Positions 1 through 6,995 of a stretch of 10,268 nt of DNA are shown here, one piece after another. This DNA is from Deinococcales bacterium. GTDB lineage: Bacteria; Deinococcota; Deinococci; Deinococcales; JAAFIG01. The DNA is taken from the NCBI GenBank assembly GCA_043778225.1, contig JAYWGM010000007.1, forward strand, positions 1 through 10,268, read 5' to 3'. The translations under genes and the position numbers were made by a program. The notes beneath the pieces were generated by a model. That model ran no database searches, was not told where the DNA came from, and saw only the letters and a program-made list of their open reading frames with translations. Position 1 is the first letter of the stretch, and each line of letters starts with the position of its first letter.

Positions 1-813
1 CCCACCAGCCCAAAGTGCAATCTTGCCACTCGAGCCTTGGTTCAAGACAATGTTCTGATTAGCAATAACCGCCAATTCGCCACTCGAGCTTATCAAACCT
101 TGATTAACCGTCAAGTTCTTACTCGAGATAACACTGCTGACTCCTGTATTCTCGAGTTTTCCGTTAAAAGTCAAATCTTCATCAGTCACAATTCTCGAGT
201 TAGTTAAAACTGTGGTCTGGTTAAACTGAGCGCTTTTGGTAATGATTCGGCTATTCTCGAGTGTGATTCCTCGATTGCTGTTCAGGCTTTGTTCAACTAT
301 CAGCACAGCATTTTTGATGGTGGCGACTGCGTTTAAGTTTATGCTTCCTTTGATCAGTACAATTTTATTATCGAATCTCGAGGAAATATCACTGCTCGAG
401 TTGAGGTTTAGGCTACCTTGGACTGTAACCACTGGAATGGCGGTGTACTTGGCTTTCAAAGCGATTACATCTGGTTTTGGAACGGTCACGATTGGTGCTA
501 AGAATTTTGGTTTACCGTTTAAGCAAAAACCTTGTCCAGAATTATCCGAGCAACTGGCAGCACTGGTACTCGAGACTTGACCACCATTCAAGACAATGTT
601 TCTCGAGTTTAAGATTAAGCCAGTATTTGCATGGACACTCGAGCCATTTTGTAAAGTGAACCCTTGGTTACTCTGAAAAGTTGTCCCAGCGATAATTCCG
701 TGTAGCATTATATCTTTTTGGCTTGTCATTCCTCGAGCTTCGGTTTGTTGTTCTTGGATTGGAGCTTGTCCACAAGATGCTATTGCAGTGGCTAGGATTG
801 CCGATATGAGCAT
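1..813 (-). CDS. Putative lipoprotein with beta-solenoid-like repeats (partial; 3' end lies beyond the left edge)
   Basis: Manual translation gives a frame open from ATG 813 to base 1 (271 codons, no stop): MLISAILATAIASCGQAPIQEQQTEARGMTSQKDIMLHGIIAGTTFQSNQGFTLQNGSSVHANTGLILNSRNIVLNGGQ...NQNIVLNQGSSGKIALWAGG. A hydrophobic stretch ends in the lipobox IAS-C (Cys14). GGGAGG lies 4 nt upstream. An alternative in-frame ATG is at 882. The ORF track omits it because it has no stop in the window. Confidence 0.85.
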   Translation of the reverse strand, partial: MLISAILATAIASCGQAPIQEQQTEARGMTSQKDIMLHGIIAGTTFQSNQGFTLQNGSSVHANTGLILNSRNIVLNGGQVSSTSAASCSDNSGQGFCLNGKPKFLAPIVTVPKPDVIALKAKYTAIPVVTVQGSLNLNSSSDISSRFDNKIVLIKGSINLNAVATIKNAVLIVEQSLNSNRGITLENSRIITKSAQFNQTTVLTNSRIVTDEDLTFNGKLENTGVSSVISSKNLTVNQGLISSSGELAVIANQNIVLNQGSSGKIALWAGG

Positions 814-976
814 AAAACCTCCCTTCTTTTTGTAGAGTTTAGGTTGTTGCGTAATTGTATTCCAGTCAGGTAAAAAATCCATATTTGTAGCCTACCTGTA
901 CATCCCAATTTTTCTTGCTCAAAACCAACATGACCAAGAAATACTAACAATTTGCTAAAACAAAATACTACCTCTC

Positions 977-985
977 TGGCATAAT
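977..985 (+). promoter_or_regulatory. Extended -10 promoter (TGgCATAAT) for a probably leaderless DUF790 transcript
   Basis: TG at 977-978 and CATAAT at 980-985 end 6 nt before ATG 992. There is no Shine-Dalgarno. This geometry is typical of leaderless mRNAs in Deinococcota. Confidence 0.55.
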
Positions 986-991
986 GCAACT

Positions 992-2233
992 ATGCTGCCA
1001 ACTGAGTTTTTAACCAATACCTTTCGTGGTGGAGTGATTACTCCTCATGCGCTCGAGCTTGATGCCGATAGCCTCGAGTTAGCCCGTGGCATCATCGATT
1101 TATTTGTACTGCATCATGGGCGCTCAAGACGCGACCTCGACGAAGCCCTAGAAGCCGATACCGCTGACAGCACGGATTACCGCGTCCGACGAGGTTTAGC
1201 TCATTTATTGTACTCAGAATGCTGCGAATTTAGCAGCGTCAGCCTGATTGAACCAAGTCTGGCTCGAGCCGAAGTTTTTGCGTTGGCAGCCAAGCATCGT
1301 CCAACACTGGCGACAGCCGCCGCCACACTGGATATACAGGCCACTATCTTCACTCAAAACCTTAGCCGCCCTGTTTCTCGAGCCAACCTCGAGCAGAGCC
1401 TTTACGCCGACTTACGCGAGGCTCAAGTGATTGCGTTGACTGCCCCAACGCCAGAATGGTTACTCGAGCGTTACAATTTAGCTCAAGCCCAAGGGATTTT
1501 GTACCGTGCTTCAGAATTATTGGTCACAGCCCATCGCAACAACCCGGGGCAGTACAAGCTCTTATTTAAATACCTCAAACTTTTTGGTTTAATGCACCGC
1601 ATCAACGGCGACCCCGATGCAGGTTATACCATCATGCTCGATGGACCCTCGAGCTTATTTCAGCCCAGCACCCGCTATGGTATTGCTTTTGCCAAGTTTT
1701 TACCTGCGCTACTGCACGTCTCGCGCTGGACACTGCAAAGTAAAATTCAGGTTCGTCACTACGATGGTTCTCGAGACCAAGCCGAATACACCCTCGATCA
1801 TACCACCAGCCTTAAATCTCATTACAGTGCTGGCAAAATGTTTGATAGTCTGCTCGAGCAATCCTTTGCTTCACGGTTTTCACAACTCGAAACCCCATGG
1901 CAACTCGAGCGCGAAGTGGACATTGTAGACCTTGGTGGAACAGTCATGATTCCAGATTTTAGACTGGTTCACCCAGACGGAAGAAGCATTTTGCTCGAGA
2001 TTATTGGATATTGGCGAGCCGAGTATTTGGAGCGTAAACTCCGAAAAATTCAAGCCTCCGAGCGTTCAGACCTGATTCTCGCGGTTTCACAACGATTGAA
2101 TTTAGGCAAAGAAACAGCCATCAAACTCGAGCGCTATAACAACCAAATCATTTGGTTTAAGGGTGTTCTCGAGCCAAAAAACGTTCTAAAACTTGCCGAG
2201 CGTTTGCCGAGTTCTCGAGTTTACCCAATATAA
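992..2233 (+). CDS. DUF790 family protein (Bax1-like predicted nuclease, restriction-endonuclease-like fold)
   Basis: 413 aa. Motifs recognised from the family: N-terminal MLPTEFL, RGLAHLL, LYADL, LLERYNLAQAQGILYRA, LDGPSSLF..STRYG..FAKFLPALL, FDSLLEQSFA, and C-terminal WQLEREV...IPDF...LLEIIGYW.AEYLERKL (PD-...-E nuclease-like core). Confidence 0.9.
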   Translation: MLPTEFLTNTFRGGVITPHALELDADSLELARGIIDLFVLHHGRSRRDLDEALEADTADSTDYRVRRGLAHLLYSECCEFSSVSLIEPSLARAEVFALAAKHRPTLATAAATLDIQATIFTQNLSRPVSRANLEQSLYADLREAQVIALTAPTPEWLLERYNLAQAQGILYRASELLVTAHRNNPGQYKLLFKYLKLFGLMHRINGDPDAGYTIMLDGPSSLFQPSTRYGIAFAKFLPALLHVSRWTLQSKIQVRHYDGSRDQAEYTLDHTTSLKSHYSAGKMFDSLLEQSFASRFSQLETPWQLEREVDIVDLGGTVMIPDFRLVHPDGRSILLEIIGYWRAEYLERKLRKIQASERSDLILAVSQRLNLGKETAIKLERYNNQIIWFKGVLEPKNVLKLAERLPSSRVYPI

Positions 2234-2259
2234 AAAATCCCCCAAATCGGGGGATTTTT
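2232..2259. terminator. Bidirectional rho-independent terminator between DUF790 and pilQ
   Basis: Perfect inverted repeat AAAAATCCCCC (2233-2243) / GGGGGATTTTT (2249-2259) with a 5-nt loop. There is a T-tract on both strands, and it lies between two convergent stop codons. Confidence 0.9.
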
Positions 2260-2272
2260 GTGAATACTTATT

Positions 2273-3829
2273 TTACTTAATGATGTCAGCTGTAACAACA
2301 ACCAAGAGTTGCTTTTGCTCATCTGAAGTTTTGGTGGTCTTGAACAAATCACCAAGAATCGGAATGGCGCTCAGAATTGGTACACCACTGGTGGTCGAAT
2401 CCTGAGTAGTTGCTAATAAACTGCCAAGCAGGAGTGTTTGACCACTTTTTAAACGAACCACAGATTTAGCGGTACTGTCCACAAAATCAATACGGTTTGG
2501 ATTTGGATTTGTAGAGTTTTGTACCGAACTGACTTCTGCACTCAAATCTAAGGTAATACTGCCATCGGCTGCAACTGTAGGAGAAACATCAATCTTGACA
2601 CCGAAGGTCAGCGTTTTATTGATTGGCGCTCCTCCCTGCCCTGTACTTGCAATGCTAATCTCAATTCGTCCGCCTGAGCGAATCGAACCCGTACCGTTGT
2701 TAAGCACTGTTAAACTCGAGTCGTTGATACGGCGTGACAAACCCTGAGTCTCGAGCGCATTCAAAGCGGCTGTCACATTCAGTCCAGCTAAACTACTGGT
2801 TGCATTACCTACAAAGTTAAGCACTCCACCCAGAATCGAACCTGAAAAATTACCTAAACCAATACTTGTCCAGTCAACACCTAAAGAACGGGTTGCGGAA
2901 TCACTATTTTCTTGAATACGGATACCAATATTGACCAGTTGTTGCGGTTTATCTAAACGGGGCAGCAATGCAATCAATCCAGCCACTGAGGCTTCAGGTC
3001 CACGGATAATCAGGGTATTCGAGCCATCATCTGAAACAATGCTGATGTTTGGAGTTGCCTGTACCGCCGCCGCATTTGGCGCAGCCACGCCTTGGGTGGT
3101 GTCTCCTGCGGTGCTTGGTCCCGCCACCAATTGCCTTAGAATTTCGGCAAGACGACTGGCTTTACCAAAAGAAACCGCATAAATTTCTTGAATCACCCTC
3201 GAGGTATCGGTTGGCAGTTGCGCCGCCGCAACATCTATTTGCGCCAACAAAGCAGCAATGTCAGTATGCTGTGTTTGGGTGGCAGTAATCACCAAGCGAT
3301 TAGAACCCGTCACTGGAACAATTTTCACATCAGCAAATTGGGCGCTCAGGGCTTTGGCAATATTTTCGGCATTGGATTTGATTTCGTAAGTCTTGACCAC
3401 CAAAACGGCTTGTGGTGTATTCGGGGTAACTGGAGCAGTTTGTACTGGGGCTGGTGGACGGAATTTCTGTACCACTTCGGGTGGTCCAACCACAACAACA
3501 TCGTTTGGCAAAAGTTCGTAATCCAAATTATTCAAAGAGACAACCATACTCCAAACCTGACGGAACGGAATAGCTTTGAAGTTATAGGAGACTGTTTTAG
3601 CTGCGATACCTTCAGTCGTGGCTTGGAGCTTGACCAAACTCGCGAGTTCGCGTAAATACTGCGACAAATCCATACCACTGCTGGGAATGTCAACGGTCAC
3701 CAATTGGTCAAACCGAGCATCGTTAGGAAAGCGGTCGCTGACAATTCGCTGAGCAAAAGCGGGGGTGCATAGACTTGAGAGGGCGAAAAAGGCGATCAGA
3801 AGTACGTTTCTGAGTTTTGTCATAGTCAT
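2273..3829 (-). CDS. pilQ: Type IV pilus secretin PilQ (short form)
   Basis: Signal peptide ending AFA, then an N0-like domain, two Secretin_N-like repeats (..SNRLVITAT.. and ..SNTLIIRGP..), and a C-terminal secretin domain with LKSGQTLLLGSLL and GVPILSAIPILGDLFK. It is the last gene of a pilMNO operon. I placed the start at ATG 3829 because GAGG (3837-3840) lies 7 nt upstream; GTG 3832 and ATG 3823 are alternatives. Confidence 0.9.
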   Translation of the reverse strand: MTMTKLRNVLLIAFFALSSLCTPAFAQRIVSDRFPNDARFDQLVTVDIPSSGMDLSQYLRELASLVKLQATTEGIAAKTVSYNFKAIPFRQVWSMVVSLNNLDYELLPNDVVVVGPPEVVQKFRPPAPVQTAPVTPNTPQAVLVVKTYEIKSNAENIAKALSAQFADVKIVPVTGSNRLVITATQTQHTDIAALLAQIDVAAAQLPTDTSRVIQEIYAVSFGKASRLAEILRQLVAGPSTAGDTTQGVAAPNAAAVQATPNISIVSDDGSNTLIIRGPEASVAGLIALLPRLDKPQQLVNIGIRIQENSDSATRSLGVDWTSIGLGNFSGSILGGVLNFVGNATSSLAGLNVTAALNALETQGLSRRINDSSLTVLNNGTGSIRSGGRIEISIASTGQGGAPINKTLTFGVKIDVSPTVAADGSITLDLSAEVSSVQNSTNPNPNRIDFVDSTAKSVVRLKSGQTLLLGSLLATTQDSTTSGVPILSAIPILGDLFKTTKTSDEQKQLLVVVTADIIK

Positions 3830-3844
3830 CACTATACCTCGAGT

Positions 3845-4792
3845 TTATGGTTTTTGTAACTTAATGGTAATGGTTTGCTCGCCCAATGCGAGAACCGCTT
3901 CGGTTTCGGAAAATGAACGTAAGGTCACTTTGCTATCCTTAAAGATAGCCGACCCAACTTCAACCACAGCAATACCTTGGCTGGTGCGAAAAACAGCTTT
4001 ACGCACTGCCGAAGAAAGAACAAAGCCAACAAACTGAACCTTTTGGGTATCAACAAAAACCTCGAGTTCCGGACGAACAATCACCGGCGGGGCAACCACC
4101 ACAGGAGGCACAACCACGACTGGTTCTGGCTTAGGTCGGAGCAAGTCTATCGAAGCACTTGAACCAACAGTTACGATGTCATTTGAAACGATGTAATAGT
4201 CGAGCGAACCAAGTGCCAAAAGCACATTCCAAGCCAAACGCAATGGCAAGCCTTTTAGGTTGTAATCAATGTTACGGTTTGGGATATTGACTGGAATAAC
4301 CTGCAATTTAGCCAAAGCAACCACTTCGCGCACCGCAGCTTCGAGGGTTTTGCCACCCGAAAAGTTCAGGCTTACGGGTGCGGCAGAAGCCGTCGTTGGA
4401 AGGGTAGCAGGGCTGGCATTCAGAACCCGAAGCCGTTCAATCGACTCTTTATTTGAAACAACCATGACATTCTTCTCGAGAAGCTCGTAATCAAAGTTAC
4501 CCAGTGCCATCGTCACATTCCATGCGTCACGGAACTTCACATCGTTTAATGGATAATTGACCGCTTGTTGTGGCACATTCTCGAGAATTGGTTGTAGACC
4601 GATTGTTCCAGCCAATTCTTTGATGTAGGTATTTAAGTCAATACCAGCAGGCAGATTGACGGTGACACGTTGATCAAAACGCGCCTCTTTGGGCAGACGA
4701 TCATCATAGGGTTGTTGCGCCAAACCGACGCTGCCCCCTATCCAGAGTGCCATTGCGAGTAGCGAAATTTGAATTTTCATGGACGACCTCAT
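3845..4792 (-). CDS. Secreted protein: two PilQ-N0-like domains plus a C-terminal PilW/PilP-like domain (putative pilus adaptor)
   Basis: 315 aa with a Sec-type signal peptide (..GGSVGLA-QQ). Hand alignments: aa 30-112 match the PilQ N-terminus (about 37/84 identical); aa 139-220 repeat aa 42-123 (27/82, ungapped); aa 242-315 match the C-terminus of the upstream gene (about 29/75). The ATG overlaps the upstream TGA (ATGA); ATG 4780 is an alternative start. The CDS itself is secure, the function is inferred. Confidence 0.8.
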   Translation of the reverse strand: MRSSMKIQISLLAMALWIGGSVGLAQQPYDDRLPKEARFDQRVTVNLPAGIDLNTYIKELAGTIGLQPILENVPQQAVNYPLNDVKFRDAWNVTMALGNFDYELLEKNVMVVSNKESIERLRVLNASPATLPTTASAAPVSLNFSGGKTLEAAVREVVALAKLQVIPVNIPNRNIDYNLKGLPLRLAWNVLLALGSLDYYIVSNDIVTVGSSASIDLLRPKPEPVVVVPPVVVAPPVIVRPELEVFVDTQKVQFVGFVLSSAVRKAVFRTSQGIAVVEVGSAIFKDSKVTLRSFSETEAVLALGEQTITIKLQKP

Positions 4793-6333
4793 CGTTTTAC
4801 CAAGGGTAGAGTTAAGAGTTCATTACCGAGCGCCAAAACCACTTCTGTTGGACTGACTGATTTAAGAATGATATTTGAATCACGAACCAAGGCATCTCCT
4901 TCGGCAACTGACAGTAAACCACGATTTGACTGAAAAAAGGCTTTCTTGACTGTGCCTATTGAAAAACCAGCATACTCGAGACGCAAATCATCCTGAACCA
5001 CACGGCGCAACTCGAGTAAATCGGCTGAGGGTGTTGCTGGGGCTGGGGTGGTAACGATTGGGTCGGTGGGGGTTGTTACAGGAGCAGTGGTTATTGGGTC
5101 AGTTGGGGTTGTCACAGGGGCAGTGGTTGTCGGGTCAATTGGGGTTGGAGTCGTCGGGGTTGTCACAGGAGGCGTGGTTGTATTGGTTGTTGGGGCAGTT
5201 GTCGTTGGGGTTGTTGGGGTCGTTGGGGTCGTTGGGGTTGTTGGGGTCGTCGGGGTTGTTGGAGTTGTATTAGTCGTTGGCGTTGCTGGAGCAGTTGTCG
5301 TTGGAGTCGTTGGGGCTGGCTCAATCTTAAAAATCGGTGGCTCAGGTGTTGTAGGACGAGTTGTTGAGGTCGTACTTGGCGTTTGAGTGACCGATGGTAC
5401 TTGTGGGTTGCTCGAGGGAACAGTGGCTGACGTATTTGTACCAGAAGTATTGCCAGTTGTCGAAGTTGTACTTGGCGGAGTCACGGCTTGAATTGGTGGC
5501 TGCACTCGAGGTGAAGATGCAAGAATTGACGGGGTAATCGAAAAAGCTGGGCGGGCAATTGGTGTGGTGGCGATTGGGCGTGGCTTTGAGGCAACAGCTT
5601 GAGGCGTGCTGGTAACAACTGTTTTTGGAATAACTGGGCGCTGTGCCGAAACCACAACAGGAATTGGCTTAATAGCAGTGGTTGTTCCAGCCCCAGCCAC
5701 TGCTCCTGTATTGACTGCTGGGCGCGGTACAAATGGCGAAGTAACGATTTGGGTTCTGATGGTTGGGGTTGCTGTGGGTCGTGGCACACTCACACTGACG
5801 GTTGGCTGAAAGCTAACTTCAACTGGCGCACCTTGGCGACCAGTATTCACCACAGCAACAGTTGTACCCGACTGCGGCAATGGCGCAAAAGGGTTCACAA
5901 CTTTAGGGGCAACTGGCTTAGGGGCTGGTTTGATGGCTGGCTTGGTCGCGGCTGTTGCTGTTGCACTTGTCGTGGGTGTGGCTGGCTTTGGTTTATCAGC
6001 AATCAATGGGATTGTCCCCGTTTCAACACCTGTACCCGAGGCTGTTGTATTTGGGGCTGTTGGGTCTGGTGTTGTTGTTGTGGTCGTTGGGTCTGGTGTG
6101 GTTGGTGTTGTCGGGTCGGGTGTTGTGATGGTTTGGACAATTGGGTCTGGTACTGGCGCATTGGCTGTACCTGAATTCAAGGCAAACCAAACGCCTACAC
6201 CTCCAAGCAGGACTGCTAGGGCTGTGCCTAAAACAACTGGGGTAGAAACCTTAGGTAAGTTCATACCCTGTTTTTTAGGGGCTGTGGTATCAGTTACTTC
6301 AGACTCGGACAGATCATCTTCGAAGTCGCTCAT
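4789..6333 (-). CDS. pilW: PilW-like (Thermus nomenclature) competence/pilus protein with a membrane anchor, long Pro/Thr-rich linker and PilP-like C-terminal domain
   Basis: Lies between pilO and pilQ. It has an acidic N-terminus, one TM helix (VVLGTALAVLLGGVGVWFAL), an NPFAPL motif, about 390 aa of P/T-rich sequence, and a C-terminal beta domain (LEYAGFSIGTVKKAFFQSNRG...VVLALG). Start moved to ATG 6333 because GGAGG (6341-6345) is 7 nt upstream and the ATG overlaps the pilO TGA; 514 aa. Confidence 0.75.
   Translation of the reverse strand: MSDFEDDLSESEVTDTTAPKKQGMNLPKVSTPVVLGTALAVLLGGVGVWFALNSGTANAPVPDPIVQTITTPDPTTPTTPDPTTTTTTPDPTAPNTTASGTGVETGTIPLIADKPKPATPTTSATATAATKPAIKPAPKPVAPKVVNPFAPLPQSGTTVAVVNTGRQGAPVEVSFQPTVSVSVPRPTATPTIRTQIVTSPFVPRPAVNTGAVAGAGTTTAIKPIPVVVSAQRPVIPKTVVTSTPQAVASKPRPIATTPIARPAFSITPSILASSPRVQPPIQAVTPPSTTSTTGNTSGTNTSATVPSSNPQVPSVTQTPSTTSTTRPTTPEPPIFKIEPAPTTPTTTAPATPTTNTTPTTPTTPTTPTTPTTPTTPTTTAPTTNTTTPPVTTPTTPTPIDPTTTAPVTTPTDPITTAPVTTPTDPIVTTPAPATPSADLLELRRVVQDDLRLEYAGFSIGTVKKAFFQSNRGLLSVAEGDALVRDSNIILKSVSPTEVVLALGNELLTLPLVKR
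5041..5136 (-). repeat. Coding 36-bp imperfect tandem repeat (DPxTTAPVTTPT x2 plus a partial copy)
   Basis: Asp codons recur at 5136, 5100 and 5064. The peptide reads DPTTTAPVTTPT-DPITTAPVTTPT-DPIVTTPA. Confidence 0.85.
5201..5263. repeat. Coding 9-bp tandem repeat (GTYGTYGGR)x7 encoding (PTT)n
   Basis: Read directly: gtcgttggg gttgttggg gtcgttggg gtcgttggg gttgttggg gtcgtcggg gttgttgga. Confidence 0.9.
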
Positions 6334-6995
6334 CGCGGAACCTCCGGTGTGGTTGGATTTGGACAAAGCGGATTAAGTGGGCGATCGACAACCCCTCGAG
6401 CCGCATCATAGACATAAGCGATTACGGAAACGGCGGCGGTTAGTTTAGGGTCGGCGGTACTTTCTGTGGTGGCATTGTTGCCGCCGCCAACGTTAAGGTT
6501 AATCGAGTCCATACGCAAGAAACGCTGTTGACTCTCGAGTGACTGCAAAATACCAATCATGGAGGTAAAAGAGCCAGTCACATTTAAGGCTGTACTGACC
6601 GCCCGTACTCCAGCCGGTAGCGTACCTGAAGTTGCACCTGCTGACCTTGCTAGTGTATTGATTTGCCCTTTGTTGTTGCCAATTTGCAGCTTGAAGGTTC
6701 GCATCAAGTCGGCATACTGCTCTTTACTCGGCAAGGCATTCAAAAACTCACGGCGTTGGACTTGTAGGTCAGCCACCACCGTACAAAGCTGTGGCACATT
6801 GGCTTTAGCCCGGTTGCCAACAATGATTTTCTGGTCAAGGTCAGCAATTTCAGTGCGTAAAACAGCTTGTTCATCTAGGGTCACTTGGTACATATTAAAG
6901 TACCAAAGAACAGCCGCCAAAATGGTTAGGACAATCACAATCAGCGCAATAATTTGACCCGTCAGACGTGAAAAAAGCGAAGAGATATTTGACAT
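6330..6995 (-). CDS. pilO: Type IV pilus assembly protein PilO
   Basis: 221 aa with an N-terminal TM helix, a coiled coil, FLNALPSKE, and LNVTGSFTSMIGILQSLESQQRF. Third gene after pilM and pilN, with a TAATG overlap with the pilN stop. Confidence 0.88.
   Translation of the reverse strand: MSNISSLFSRLTGQIIALIVIVLTILAAVLWYFNMYQVTLDEQAVLRTEIADLDQKIIVGNRAKANVPQLCTVVADLQVQRREFLNALPSKEQYADLMRTFKLQIGNNKGQINTLARSAGATSGTLPAGVRAVSTALNVTGSFTSMIGILQSLESQQRFLRMDSINLNVGGGNNATTESTADPKLTAAVSVIAYVYDAARGVVDRPLNPLCPNPTTPEVPR

Noticed and set aside
236..659. Plus-strand ORFs 236..580 and 477..659
   Set aside because: They are antisense shadows of the long minus-strand lipoprotein frame and carry no recognisable motifs.
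792..989. 65-aa minus-strand ORF in the divergent intergenic region
   Set aside because: It has no RBS, starts inside the DUF790 promoter, overlaps the lipoprotein start in another frame, and has no recognisable features.
2273..3829. Annotation as T2SS secretin GspD
   Set aside because: The operon context is pilM (actin-like), pilN (INLLP) and pilO, which indicates a type IV pilus system.
3845..4792. Extra gene as a pilQ pseudogene fragment or assembly duplication
   Set aside because: Similarity to its neighbours is only about 33-44% at protein level, the domain order is rearranged, and the ORF is intact with its own signal peptide and translational coupling.
5048..6376. Val/Gly-rich and Cys/Trp-rich plus-strand ORFs (5048..5386, 5599..6174, 5930..6376)
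   Set aside because: These are the expected antisense readings of Pro/Thr codons in pilW, which lack stops on the opposite strand.
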